A DNA stretch of 64,000 bases from Acidobacteriota bacterium (GCA_036507075.1 DASXQR010000097.1:29391-93390), one strand, 5' to 3'; positions 1 through 9,893 are shown, numbered from the stretch's first letter. Notes: a model not told the origin generated them from the sequence alone. Translations and numbers: made by a program.

Positions 1-1097
1 AATTCGCATTCAATGATGTGCTGGACAAAAATAGACCACTTGCTTGCGCCCAGCGCGCGCCGCACGCCGACCTCGGGAGCCCTGCCCAGGAATTTCCCCA
101 GCAGAATACCGATCAGATTGAGGGCGCACACCACTAAAAACAGCATCGAGATTACCAGCATGCTGGTGGCTTCTTCGGGAACGACCTTCTCAATCTTCAT
201 CCATTCCATCACCGGCAGCAGCTTGTTGTTCAAGGGCCGCTGCATGCGGCCGAGTAACTTCTGGCCCTTGACATAGGAATTCAGGAAATCCATGTAGGCT
301 TCCTTCTGCTTTTCCGTGTCGAGCTGCACCCACATCTGGATCCAGATCGATTCTCCGTTCAAATGCGCTTCAAAGCCTTCGCCGTCGTCGTTCTTCCATC
401 CCGAAGTGTTCCCTGCGCTGTACAACTCGAGCGGACGGACAAAGTTGAATGGAAGATAGATCTCCTCCGGCTTTTCAAAGGCGCCGTTATGCACGTCAAA
501 AAACTTCGGGCGCGGAAACCATGGCTTCAGTACGCCGACCACTTTGAATTCGCGGTCCTCGACGCGCAGCAGCTTTCCCACGCTGTTCCGGCCTCCGAAG
601 ACCTTCTGGTTGGTTTCGTTGTCGAGCACCACAACCTGCTCAGGACCGGCATCGGCGCTTCTGGGCCAGCCCGAACCATATTGAAAAGGAACGTCGAACA
701 ACGGAAAGAAATCACTGAAGCACATCCGCGCCACCACTTTGAAAGGACGTCCCACATTGGGAGGCGGATGAACATACAGCGATGCCTTGAAACTCCCCCC
801 CTGGTAGGTGGGGATGTTGCTCTTCATGATCTCCACCGTGTCGCGGTAAGTAAGCTGGTTGGGGGTCGCTTTGGGGTTGGAATCATCCCAGCCCCGGGCC
901 GGATCCCAACTGTCCAACTCGACGTAGTAGAGCCTGTCGCTCTTATGCGGAATAGGATTTCCCGACAACAGGTGGTGCGTCGTCATGAATGTCGTGGAAA
1001 CGCCGATGCCCAGGGCTATTCCGAAGATGATCAGCGTGGAAAGAATCGGGTTGCGTCTCAGGCTCTTGAACGCGATGCGCAGGTGATAAAGCAGCAT
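1..1097 (-). CDS. MacB-family ABC transporter permease (runs off the window start)
   Basis: Not in the ORF track. Read manually from ATG 1097 with AGGAGG RBS: MLLYHLRIAFKSLRRNPILSTLIIFGIALGIGVSTT, a typical MacB N-terminus. Lies directly downstream of the ABC ATPase. Confidence 0.85.
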   Translation of the reverse strand, partial: MLLYHLRIAFKSLRRNPILSTLIIFGIALGIGVSTTFMTTHHLLSGNPIPHKSDRLYYVELDSWDPARGWDDSNPKATPNQLTYRDTVEIMKSNIPTYQGGSFKASLYVHPPPNVGRPFKVVARMCFSDFFPLFDVPFQYGSGWPRSADAGPEQVVVLDNETNQKVFGGRNSVGKLLRVEDREFKVVGVLKPWFPRPKFFDVHNGAFEKPEEIYLPFNFVRPLELYSAGNTSGWKNDDGEGFEAHLNGESIWIQMWVQLDTEKQKEAYMDFLNSYVKGQKLLGRMQRPLNNKLLPVMEWMKIEKVVPEEATSMLVISMLFLVVCALNLIGILLGKFLGRAPEVGVRRALGASKWSIFVQHIIECE

Positions 1098-1105
1098 GCA
1101 ACCTC

Positions 1106-1828
1106 CTAAGTCGTGGCTGAAGCGGGGTTGACGTGGGTATACAGAGCGGCGGGCCTTTCCGGCTGCAGGTCGATTACCTTGCCGTCGAGCAAGTGAATAG
1201 ACCGGGCCGCGCGCGCCGCCAGTTCCGGATCATGCGTCACCATGATGATGGTGGTGCCCTCCTGATTGATCTTCTCCATCAGGTCCATGATCTCGCGCGC
1301 CATCAGCGAGTCCAGGTTGCCGGTCGGTTCGTCGGCCAGGATAAGCCTCGGCCTTCCGACCAGCGCCCGGGCAATGGCCACGCGCTGCTGCTGGCCTCCG
1401 GAAAGCTGCGACGGGTAATGCTTCATGCGGGAGACAAGACCCACTATTGACAGTGCCTGTTCAATGGCACTCTTGCGCTCCGCCTTATTCTTGCGGCTGT
1501 AGCGCAGCGGAACATCGATGTTGTCGTAGACGTTCAGGTCGGGAATCAGGTTGAAGGTTTGGAAAATGAACCCGATCTTCTGGTTGCGAATGCGCGACAT
1601 CTCTCCATCGCTCAAACGCGAGACATCTGCTCCGTCCAGGTGGTAGGTCCCGTTCTCAAACGTGTCGAGCAAGCCGGCGACGTTCAAAAACGTGGTTTTG
1701 CCGCAGCCGGAAGGCCCCATGATCGAGATGAACTCTCCGGATTCGACTTCCAGATCAAACTCACTCAGGGCGTGGGTCTCGATCATGTCAGTCCGGTAGA
1801 TCTTGCTGACTTTGGCCATCTTTAACAT
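1106..1828 (-). CDS. ABC transporter ATP-binding protein (LolD/MacB type)
   Basis: Walker [10 protein letters not shown], signature [23 protein letters not shown]. Confidence 0.95.
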   Translation of the reverse strand: MLKMAKVSKIYRTDMIETHALSEFDLEVESGEFISIMGPSGCGKTTFLNVAGLLDTFENGTYHLDGADVSRLSDGEMSRIRNQKIGFIFQTFNLIPDLNVYDNIDVPLRYSRKNKAERKSAIEQALSIVGLVSRMKHYPSQLSGGQQQRVAIARALVGRPRLILADEPTGNLDSLMAREIMDLMEKINQEGTTIIMVTHDPELAARAARSIHLLDGKVIDLQPERPAALYTHVNPASATT

Positions 1829-1882
1829 TCGAAATTCCTCCAATTAGAACTGAACAGCGAAGGCGCGAAAGCGCGAATTGTT

Positions 1883-3160
1883 TTACTTCCTGAGTAGAAG
1901 GGTCCTGGCTCCTTCAAACCGGGTGGCGTCGGATAAGATGATTTCTTCTCCTTCGTCCAGGCCCGAGACCACTTCCACTTCCGTCACGCTGATTGCTCCC
2001 ACTTGAATAGGACGCAGCCGGGCCATGTTGTCCTCGACCACGTAGGCCTGCCGGCCGCCCAGGCTCTCCAGGAACGGGCCGCGCGGAACTTTTAGAACAT
2101 TGCGCCTTCCTTCCAGGATCAGGCGCGTGCTGACTCGCTGGTTTTCTTTAAGACCGGAAGGCGAAGCGGACGAGAAAACCACAACCGCTTTTACCTGGCT
2201 GTTTTCCACTTCGGGCGAGATCGATTTCACTTGGCCGGTGTACTCCTGTCCTTCATAAAGAATGGAGGCGCCGGTTCCCGGCCGGATCTCACCGGCAAAG
2301 TTCTCGGGGATCAGGACCTCGACCTGATATTTGGAAAGATCGACCACGCTGAACAAAACCTGGTTGGGCTGGACCATGTCCTTGTCTTTCACGTCCACGC
2401 GCGCGACCATGCCACTGACCGGAGACACGAGCGCGAGTTCGGAGATTCGACGCTGCACTTCCTTTACCACCAGCCCCTGGCGCTCGACCAGCAATTCCCT
2501 GTTGCGGATTTCAAAGTCGGAGGTTTCCTTATCCAGTTTGGTCTTTTCCCTGGCGTGGGCCAGCTCGAGCGAAGAGACCTTCACGTCATCCTGCGCCTTT
2601 TCGTAATCAATCGCATTGCCCAGACCCTGCTCGGCCAGACTTTTGGCGCGCTTCATCGCCCGTTCATTTGCTTCCAGGCGCACCCCCAGCAGGTTTGCCT
2701 GCTGGACGTTCTGCAGATATGCCTGCTTGCTTGTGATCTTTTGACGTTCCAGATCGGATTTCAGGGAAAGCAGAGTAGACATTTCCTGCTTTAACTGGTT
2801 CTGCAGTTCCGGGCTTTCAATGCGCGCCAGCACCGACCCGCGGATGACGACTTCGCCCGCTTTCGAGGCTATGGAAATAATTCCCTGCGCGGGACTGACG
2901 ATGGTGGGATGGTCTGAGGCCACGATTTTGCCCTGCACGGAAACATCACGGACCAGGTCCCCTCGCGCGACGCGACCGAAATTGAGGCGCGATGCCTCCA
3001 CCGATTGTTCGGCAATCGCCCAGCGGCGCAGCGAAGGATAAAGAGACACGACAACCGCCAGAATGACAATTCCCACTCCTGCGGTCGCCGCTGCCTTCCA
3101 GCTCTTGAACCACGCCTTCTTCCGAATGACGCGGTCCATGGTTGAAGCTTCTTGAATCAT
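1883..3160 (-). CDS. Efflux periplasmic adaptor subunit (MacA/HlyD-like)
   Basis: N-terminal TM, coiled coil, SPVSG lipoyl-like motif, C-terminal VEVVSGLDEGEEII; operon with ABC genes. Confidence 0.9.
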   Translation of the reverse strand: MIQEASTMDRVIRKKAWFKSWKAAATAGVGIVILAVVVSLYPSLRRWAIAEQSVEASRLNFGRVARGDLVRDVSVQGKIVASDHPTIVSPAQGIISIASKAGEVVIRGSVLARIESPELQNQLKQEMSTLLSLKSDLERQKITSKQAYLQNVQQANLLGVRLEANERAMKRAKSLAEQGLGNAIDYEKAQDDVKVSSLELAHAREKTKLDKETSDFEIRNRELLVERQGLVVKEVQRRISELALVSPVSGMVARVDVKDKDMVQPNQVLFSVVDLSKYQVEVLIPENFAGEIRPGTGASILYEGQEYTGQVKSISPEVENSQVKAVVVFSSASPSGLKENQRVSTRLILEGRRNVLKVPRGPFLESLGGRQAYVVEDNMARLRPIQVGAISVTEVEVVSGLDEGEEIILSDATRFEGARTLLLRK

Positions 3161-3174
3161 TTGACTTTCTGCTT

Positions 3175-3190
3175 TGCAATCGATGTGCCA
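3175..3190 (-). promoter_or_regulatory. sigma-54 (-24/-12) promoter
   Basis: Minus strand TGGCAC-ATCGA-TTGCA, an exact match to TGGCAC-N5-TTGCW just upstream of the adaptor gene. Confidence 0.75.
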
Positions 3191-3272
3191 CTGACCAACT
3201 TCAGTTAGACGGTGTTACGGCACAATAGGTTGGGGGAACGATGAAGAACCCTGGCGGGGCCGGAGTTGACAT

Positions 3273-3296
3273 TTGTCCGGGGTTTTTTGCGGACAA
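3273..3296. promoter_or_regulatory. Candidate enhancer-binding-protein site
   Basis: Dyad TTGTCCG-N10-CGGACAA about 85-105 bp upstream of the sigma-54 promoter. Confidence 0.4.
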
Positions 3297-3306
3297 GTGT
3301 CCGGTC

Positions 3307-3469
3307 AAAAAGACTGAACCGCCAAGAGCACCAAGAGCGCTAAGAACGGCGAAGGGACGAGGCCATGGGGGCGCCCGACGCGCCTTTGATGCCACCTATA
3401 TTCAAGTTTTTCGCCCCGTACCGTCTGCTGTCTTGGCGCTCTTGGCGTTCCTGGCGGTCCAGTCTTTTT
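3307..3469. repeat. Intergenic palindromic element, family A (degenerate)
   Basis: Arms aaaaagactgaaccgccaagagc / cttggcgttcctggcggtccagtcttttt; remnant core ttcaagttt..gccccgt. Confidence 0.7.
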
Positions 3470-3479
3470 GAATTGTCCC

Positions 3480-3755
3480 TCAGACGGCGTGGCGGCGGTC
3501 GCCGCGACGGCGGTCGGCTACGCGTCTATCGTTGGGGTAGGGAATCGCCGAACTTGCCTGGCGCCGATCGCCCTTGCGGCGGTCGCCTCTGCGGCGCTCG
3601 GTCCAGTAAAAGTGCTCATTGACAACCGCCATCACCTGATTGCGACAATCCAGGCACTCGATAATGTGATCGATGATGACGCGTTCCTTTTGTTCCGAAT
3701 TCAACGGGCCCAGGACAAAGCGGCGAAGCTCTTCAGGACTGATGCAGGAATTCAT
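3480..3755 (-). CDS. Small protein with an anti-sigma-type zinc finger (HxxxCxxC) and Arg/Asp-rich DRR repeats
   Basis: DHIIECLDCR motif followed by ERRRGDRRKGDRR...DRRVADRRRGDRR; start uncertain (3755, 3773 or 3821). Confidence 0.6.
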   Translation of the reverse strand: MNSCISPEELRRFVLGPLNSEQKERVIIDHIIECLDCRNQVMAVVNEHFYWTERRRGDRRKGDRRQASSAIPYPNDRRVADRRRGDRRHAV

Positions 3756-3954
3756 GGAATCGGTGCCCCCCATGACAAAAGTGTAATGCTTCAAGACGGG
3801 CAATTTCAACCATTTCAGCACCTTTTTGCGAACTTGTGAATCCGGTCACCGCCGGCCGCTGCGGTCATCGATTATTTTCGCAGTGTCCTCATCGGCGGTC
3901 CGGCTAGGCGGCTCCCATCGAAAGGACCTTCAAAAATCCACAGAGGCGGGATCG

Positions 3955-4329
3955 ATGCATAAAATTCTGGTCGTAGATGATGACACCATGGTCATCCAGT
4001 TTCTTAAGAACTTCCTGGAGAAAAAAAATTATCAGGTTGTGACCGCATCCAACGGTGTGGAAGCTCTTGAAAAAGTGCAGCAGGAAAGTCCGCACATCAT
4101 TCTGATGGATGTCTACATGCCTCAGATGGGCGGCCTGGAAGCCCTCAAGAAGATAAAGCAGATTAACAAGGAGATCGGCGTCATCATGGTCACCGCAATG
4201 GAAGACGAAAAGCTTGGATCGACGGCTCTAAACCTTGGAGCCTTCGATTACATAGTCAAGCCTCTGGACCTGAATCGTCTGCAGAATTTGGTCTGGACAA
4301 AGCTGCAGATGCTGGAAAAGGCTTCCTGA
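3955..4329 (+). CDS. Single-domain response regulator (CheY-like receiver)
   Basis: ILVVDDD, ILMDVYMP, VTA, YIVKP. Confidence 0.92.
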   Translation: MHKILVVDDDTMVIQFLKNFLEKKNYQVVTASNGVEALEKVQQESPHIILMDVYMPQMGGLEALKKIKQINKEIGVIMVTAMEDEKLGSTALNLGAFDYIVKPLDLNRLQNLVWTKLQMLEKAS

Positions 4330-4330
4330 A

Positions 4331-4551
4331 GCTGCGCGTCAGTCTTCCCTGAAAATTTACCGCCAAGACCGCCAAGAACGCCGAGACGGCGCCAAGGACG
4401 GGGCTGAAACTTGAAGTATGAAGCCCATCAAAACCATGTCAGGCACCGACATGGTGGCTTCAGACTTCAAGTTTCAGCCCCGTCCTTGGCGCTGTGCTTA
4501 GCGCTCTTAGCGGTCTTGGCGGTGAATTTTTAGGGAAGACTGACGCGCAGC
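4331..4551. repeat. Palindromic element, family A, with arms extending into the 3' end of the pseudouridine synthase gene
   Basis: ggacggggctgaaacttgaag / cttcaagtttcagccccgtcc core; outer arms gctgcgcgtcagtcttccct / agggaagactgacgcgcagc. Confidence 0.85.
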
Positions 4552-5435
4552 GGCGGGGGTGGCGAGCAGGTGATCTCCATCCACTTCCCCCACTCGGGAT
4601 GTTGAAATTCGAGGCGCTCCGAGTGCAGCCAGTATCCAGTGTCACCTGGCAGGGCGCGTGTGCCTTCGATGGGACTGCCTCCCGGCGCGTAAAGCGTATC
4701 CCCTGTAAGAGGGTGCCCTGCGGCAGCAAGGTGGATACGGATCTGGTGGGGTCGCCCGGTCGCGATCACGACTTCCACCAGTGAGCTTTCCGCGCGCCGC
4801 TGCAGCACGCGCACCCGGGTGTGGGCCGGTTTTCCCTGGAAAGAGACCGCATAGACGCTGCCAAGAATCGGGTGTGGGACCGGCCCAACGGGGGCGTCGA
4901 CGGCAAAATCGTCACGATCCGGCACTCCTGAAATCAGGGCGCGGTAGACCTTCACCACTTCACTGCGCCGCCAGGCGGCGCTCAACCTGCTGCGGGACTC
5001 CGCCGTTCTGGCAAACAGCACCACGCCCGATGTGCCGCGACCTAAGCGGTGCAGCGGATCCGCCTCCGGATAGATCCGTTTGACCCGCGATAGCAGCGTG
5101 TTTTCAAGAAAACCTCCACCCGGAATTGTGGGGAGCCCGGATGGCTTGGCCAAGCCAATCAGGCACGCATCCATATAGAGAATTGCGAAGTGCAGCGGAG
5201 CCTGCGGCTCCTGCCACGGCGGCCGGCGCCAGATAAGCAGTTGGCCGGCAGAAAGGATGACCTCCGGCACAGCCGTGTTCCCTTGAAGCAACAGAAGATT
5301 CGATTCAATGCGGGCACGCCACTCCTCGCGGCTTGAGTGCCGATACTGCCGGCACAGGTAATCGAGCAACTGCAGTCCGGCCGCTTCGGCGCCAAGCTGT
5401 TCCCGATATTCAAATCCGCGATTCAGATGGGGCAT
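4530..5435 (-). CDS. RluA-family RNA pseudouridine synthase
   Basis: KPSGL, HRLGRGTSG (G in place of the usual catalytic D of HRLD), TGRPHQIRIH, GHPLTGDTLY. Confidence 0.85.
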   Translation of the reverse strand: MPHLNRGFEYREQLGAEAAGLQLLDYLCRQYRHSSREEWRARIESNLLLLQGNTAVPEVILSAGQLLIWRRPPWQEPQAPLHFAILYMDACLIGLAKPSGLPTIPGGGFLENTLLSRVKRIYPEADPLHRLGRGTSGVVLFARTAESRSRLSAAWRRSEVVKVYRALISGVPDRDDFAVDAPVGPVPHPILGSVYAVSFQGKPAHTRVRVLQRRAESSLVEVVIATGRPHQIRIHLAAAGHPLTGDTLYAPGGSPIEGTRALPGDTGYWLHSERLEFQHPEWGKWMEITCSPPPPLRVSLP

Positions 5436-5551
5436 ATGGAAATCATCCCCCGTTGACGAAAACCTGAAAACACCAGACTATAATCTGGACCTTGCGTTGC
5501 ACGGGTGACCGCACCGGCTCGCCCGGCAAGGATCTCCCCCGCGAGGAAAAT

Positions 5552-7687
5552 ATGAGAAACATATCTGCGAAATTCTCTACCCGCTTGCTGTTTATGTGCC
5601 GCATCGCTATTGCCCTGGTACTGCTTTTGGCCGTCACGGGAGGTGATACACGCAAAACCGTAAAGGCCGCCGGCAGGCGCCCTCTCGAGCTGATAGATTA
5701 CTACCGAATCGAAGCGGCGGGCAGGCCGTCAATTTCTCCAGACGGAAAATGGATTGCGTTTACGCGCACTCGGATAGCGGAGGAAGAAAATCGCCGTCAC
5801 TCCGAGATTTGGCTGGCGCCCGCAGATGGTTCCGCTGCTGCTTTCCGAATTACCCGCCCTTCGTTCAACTCTTCGAATCCCAGATGGAGTCCCGACGGCA
5901 GACTGCTGGCCTTTACTTCACGGCGCAGCGCGGTTTCGGGGGAGGAAGACACGAGTGAAAGCTCCGTCTGGTTCCTAAGAATGGATACTCCCGCAGGTGA
6001 AGCGTTCCAGATTCCGGGTGTCGGCGGCTCTCCGCTTTTCAGCCCCGACAATCAGTGGATTGCGTTTACAAAGAAAACCCCCGCGTCCGTGGTGCCGAAA
6101 GAAGTCGGATCGGAGCTGGAGCGCACGCTTGCCAAAAGATTCAAGGGGCGTATCTACGAGTGGATGAACTTTCGTTTTGACGGCCGTGGCTACCTGCCCG
6201 ATCCGCGGGATTCAAACGCCACCCCTGCAGAAGAACTCTATATTGTTCCCAGAGCAGGCGGAACGCCCCGCCAGGTGACCCGGATGGGAGTGAATGTAGA
6301 GTCCCCGGCCTGGCGGCCGGACAGCGCCGCTCTGGCCATCATCGCCAACCAATACCAGCGCGACGAATACACTTATGAGCGGGCCGATCTATGGCTGGCA
6401 GACGTCAACGGCAGTGTGCGTCGGTTGACCAATGACGGCTTCAACTACAACGCTCCCTGCTGGGCGCCGGACGGAAAATCGCTGGCTGTCCGCCGCCAGC
6501 AGGGATTAAGCGAAGTGATCTCGGCCAGGCAGAACTACGGCGGCGCCGTCGATCTGTACCGCATCTCCACTGAAGATGGAAAACTGAAAAATCTTACTGC
6601 CGAATGGGACCTGATTCCAGACGACGCCTTATGGCACCCCGATGGACGTTATGTTTATTTCACCGCCGCGGCAGGTGGAAACACACACCTCTTTCGTGTG
6701 CCTTCAGCGGCGGGCGCAGTCGAGCAGGTAACGCGCGGCGACCGCAGGCTTGGCGATCTCAGCGGCTCCGCCACGCTGGATCGGATCGCCTACACTTCCG
6801 CAGATCCGGCGCATCCCGCCGAAGTCTATTCTTCGCGGCTGGACGGTTCCGACGAGAAGAGAATCTCTTCGATCAACGCCGATTTCACTCAAGAAGTGAA
6901 TTTGAGCAAACCGGAGAGAATCACGTTTTCGAGCAAAGACGGTACGCCGGTGGAAGGATGGGTACTGCTGCCCGCCACGTATGCGGGCAATCAGAGCGCT
7001 TATCCTCTTATTGTGTGTATTCATGGAGGCCCGCACGGCGCTTACGCAAACGACTTTTCTTTTCCGTTTCAATTGCTGGCGGCGAATGGCTACGTGGTGC
7101 TGTATACCAATCCGCGCGGTTCGACCGGATATGGCGAGAAATTTCTCTGGGCCACATGGGGCGGATGGGGCGTCCTGGATTACCAGGATGTCATGGCCGG
7201 GGTCGATTTCGTCACCGATCATTATCGAATCGATACCCGCCGCATGGGCGTGACCGGCTATTCTTACGGCGGCTTTCTGACCAACTGGATCATTACCCAG
7301 ACCGACCGCTTTGCTGCGGCGGTGACCGGCGCGGGAATTTCCAACTGGATCAGCGACTACGGCACAGCCGACATTCCGCGTACAAAGGAGAGCGAGTTCT
7401 ACGGACCACCCTGGGAGTCGAGCAGCGGCGAACTGCTGTGCAGGCTCTCTCCGATTACCCACGCGGCCAAAGTACGGACGCCGACGCTCTTTGTTCATGG
7501 CGAGGCGGATTTGCGGGTCCCCATCGAGCAAGCCGAACAGATGTACACGGCCCTGAAGAAGCTGCGGATACCGGCGCGCTTCGTCCGTTATCCCGAGATG
7601 TACCACGGCGGCTGGACGCCATGGAACACCGTACACCGTTACAACCAGGAGTTGAAATGGTGGGGGAAGTACCTGGGAAATCAGTGA
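5552..7687 (+). CDS. S9-family (acylaminoacyl/dipeptidyl) peptidase, secreted
   Basis: Signal-like N-terminus, WSPDG beta-propeller repeats, IHGGPH, GYSYGG nucleophile, D(LRV) and H catalytic motifs. Confidence 0.93.
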   Translation: MRNISAKFSTRLLFMCRIAIALVLLLAVTGGDTRKTVKAAGRRPLELIDYYRIEAAGRPSISPDGKWIAFTRTRIAEEENRRHSEIWLAPADGSAAAFRITRPSFNSSNPRWSPDGRLLAFTSRRSAVSGEEDTSESSVWFLRMDTPAGEAFQIPGVGGSPLFSPDNQWIAFTKKTPASVVPKEVGSELERTLAKRFKGRIYEWMNFRFDGRGYLPDPRDSNATPAEELYIVPRAGGTPRQVTRMGVNVESPAWRPDSAALAIIANQYQRDEYTYERADLWLADVNGSVRRLTNDGFNYNAPCWAPDGKSLAVRRQQGLSEVISARQNYGGAVDLYRISTEDGKLKNLTAEWDLIPDDALWHPDGRYVYFTAAAGGNTHLFRVPSAAGAVEQVTRGDRRLGDLSGSATLDRIAYTSADPAHPAEVYSSRLDGSDEKRISSINADFTQEVNLSKPERITFSSKDGTPVEGWVLLPATYAGNQSAYPLIVCIHGGPHGAYANDFSFPFQLLAANGYVVLYTNPRGSTGYGEKFLWATWGGWGVLDYQDVMAGVDFVTDHYRIDTRRMGVTGYSYGGFLTNWIITQTDRFAAAVTGAGISNWISDYGTADIPRTKESEFYGPPWESSSGELLCRLSPITHAAKVRTPTLFVHGEADLRVPIEQAEQMYTALKKLRIPARFVRYPEMYHGGWTPWNTVHRYNQELKWWGKYLGNQ

Positions 7688-7708
7688 CCGTTAGCCTGGA
7701 GTACTAAA

Positions 7709-7882
7709 AAAAACTTCACCGCCAAGACCGTTAAGAACGCTAAGAAAAGCGCAAAGGACGGGGCTGAAACTTGAAGGATGAAGGCACCCGCCGAAATCTC
7801 ATCTGCTTTGATGATCTTCAAGTTTCAGCCCCGTCCTTTGCGCTGTCTTGGCATTCTTGGCGGTCTTAGCGGTGAAGTTTTT
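7709..7882. repeat. Palindromic element, family A
   Basis: Same core as 4331: ggacggggctgaaacttgaag / cttcaagtttcagccccgtcc; 9-bp-periodic ccgccaaga arms. Confidence 0.85.
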
Positions 7883-7910
7883 CTTGAATGCTGCAGCCTA
7901 ATGTCTGGTC

Positions 7911-9038
7911 TCAGTCCGGGAGGGAACCGCTGAGCAGAGGCTCAACGGGAATTGTTTTGGCGCCGCTTTCGGTGCATACGGCGAACATGCTTCTTTCGCC
8001 GCTGTAAAGCGCCACTCCAGCGTACTCGCCCTTCTTGTTAACGATGTAAAAGTTCACATTGAAGTTCGGGTTGCCTTTGCTGTTGAGCAACCGCCTTTCA
8101 ATGGTGTTCGCCTTGATGCGTTTCAGCGCCGCCATCCCGGCGTCTTTGGGATGCATTCCCTGGCGCATGCTCTCGACAATGAGAAAAGACGAAAGCGCAA
8201 ACAGATTCGCCTCGCCGCGGCCTGTCGAACCCGCCGCGCCTACGTCGTTGTCCACGTAGAGACCCGCTCCCAGGATGGGTGAATCTCCGACGCGACCCGG
8301 GATCTTCCACGCCAAGCCGCTGGTTGTGGTGACGCCGCAAACCTCGCCTTTGGAATTTACGCCGTTGCAGTTGATCGTGCCGTAGAGATGATCGAGATCG
8401 ATCAACCCCTCCCTGACCATCTGCAGGCCGGCTTGAAAACCAGCCTCGGCGCGCTCTTTGGGGTTCAGATAGTGCAACGGGTCGGTGCGCCGCTTCCATT
8501 CCAGCCACAAGCGTCGTGATTTTTCGGTGTTCAGATCGTCTTCGATCTTAAAACCGATGTTGCGCGCAAATCGCTGCGCGTCGTGCCCCACAAGCAGGTG
8601 GTTGTCTGTTTGTTCCATCACGCCGCGCGCTACCAGCGAAGGCGTTCGCACACCTTCCAGAGCCGCGACCGCGCCCGCCCGCTTCCTGGGCCCATGCATG
8701 CAGGAGGCGTCCAGTTGAACCACACCTTCCGCATTAGGCAAGCCACCGTATCCGACGCTGGTGTCCTCCGGATCGAGCTCGACTATGTTGACGCCTGCAA
8801 TCAGGGCGTCGAGGACGTCAGAGCCCTCCACCATCATCTGAAAGGCCCTTTCAACGCAGGTAAGGTTTCCGCCGTTCTTATGTTTGTTTCCATTGGCCGA
8901 GGAAATCACGAGCGGTTTGACGTCGCGCGAGGCGATTACTTGCGGCCCGCTCGCCAGCGCGCTCGAGGCCGTTCCGGCCAGCGCAGCGGCTCCGGCGCCT
9001 GTTCTGACAAAATCACGGCGTGTGATGCTTCTATGCAT
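7911..9038 (-). CDS. N4-(beta-N-acetylglucosaminyl)-L-asparaginase / isoaspartyl peptidase (Ntn hydrolase), Tat-exported
   Basis: TRRDFV Tat motif, SVGYGGLPN, LDASCM, GTI cleavage Thr, GRVGDSPILGAG. Confidence 0.9.
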   Translation of the reverse strand: MHRSITRRDFVRTGAGAAALAGTASSALASGPQVIASRDVKPLVISSANGNKHKNGGNLTCVERAFQMMVEGSDVLDALIAGVNIVELDPEDTSVGYGGLPNAEGVVQLDASCMHGPRKRAGAVAALEGVRTPSLVARGVMEQTDNHLLVGHDAQRFARNIGFKIEDDLNTEKSRRLWLEWKRRTDPLHYLNPKERAEAGFQAGLQMVREGLIDLDHLYGTINCNGVNSKGEVCGVTTTSGLAWKIPGRVGDSPILGAGLYVDNDVGAAGSTGRGEANLFALSSFLIVESMRQGMHPKDAGMAALKRIKANTIERRLLNSKGNPNFNVNFYIVNKKGEYAGVALYSGERSMFAVCTESGAKTIPVEPLLSGSLPD

Positions 9039-9159
9039 GAGAATGCTCCTCGGAAAAGAATTATGACATCCGGGGCGAGAGTTGCACATTTGAAAATTCA
9101 AGATCCGATTGTGGTATGCGACTGCGGGGGGAGAGCTAAGTTCAAAAATGTGGACTTTG

Positions 9160-9252
9160 GAATGTGGAATGCGGAATAGGAATTGGCTTTGATCGCGGCT
9201 TAGGAAACTTACGGTGAATATCTTCCGCATTCCGCATTCCGCAATCCGCACT
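9160..9252. repeat. GCGGAAT/ATTCCGC heptamer inverted-arm element
   Basis: ggaatgtggaatgcggaat...ttccgcattccgcattccgcaatccgca around a ~45-bp core. Confidence 0.8.
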
Positions 9253-9260
9253 CGGTTTTT

Positions 9261-9893
9261 TCAGTCGACCAAGCCTTGCTTCAGCGCGTAGCGCGTCAAC
9301 TCGGAATTGTTCTTCATCTTCATCTTGGCGAGCAAACGCGTGCGGTGAGTACTGACTGTCTTCACGCTGAGGGAGAGCTGATTTGCAATTTCCGTCAATG
9401 ACAACCCCGAAGCGATCATGCACAGGACACGAAATTCCCGGTTGGAAAGGGTGCGGTGCGGCGGCTTGGTGATGTCGCCGTCAATCTCCATGGCAAGCAG
9501 CTCGCCCAGCTCCGGACTGATGTAGCGGCCGCCGGAGTGAACTTTACGAATCGCCTGGATAAGCTGATCCGGCGCTGCATCCTTGCACAGGTATCCGGCT
9601 GCGCCTGCCATGAGGGCCCTGAGACCGTATTGATCCTCCGCATGCACGCTCAAGACAAGGACCGGCAACTTGGGCCATTCCCCCTTGATTTCTTTGAGAA
9701 GTTCGAGGCCTCCCCTGCCTGGCAGGCTGATGTCCATCAATACCACGTCGCAACCGGACTTGCGGATACTCTCCAAGGCCTCCGGTGCATTGCCGGCTTC
9801 AGCGGTTACGCGCAAGTCCGTCGTTTTTTCGGTGATGCGCTTTAACCCTTCCCGAATTGCAGGGTGATCGTCTACCAGCAGAACTCGAATCAC
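9261..9893 (-). CDS. NarL/LuxR-family response regulator
   Basis: GTG start overlapping the kinase stop; VLLVDDH receiver, LSNREFRV...IANQLSLSVKTVSTHR HTH. Confidence 0.93.
   Translation of the reverse strand: MIRVLLVDDHPAIREGLKRITEKTTDLRVTAEAGNAPEALESIRKSGCDVVLMDISLPGRGGLELLKEIKGEWPKLPVLVLSVHAEDQYGLRALMAGAAGYLCKDAAPDQLIQAIRKVHSGGRYISPELGELLAMEIDGDITKPPHRTLSNREFRVLCMIASGLSLTEIANQLSLSVKTVSTHRTRLLAKMKMKNNSELTRYALKQGLVD

Noticed and set aside
363..1109. 248-aa plus-strand ORF and other long antisense ORFs (6604, 12746, 15813, 40217, 53843)
   Set aside because: Antisense or alternate-frame shadows of well-supported genes, common in GC-rich DNA.
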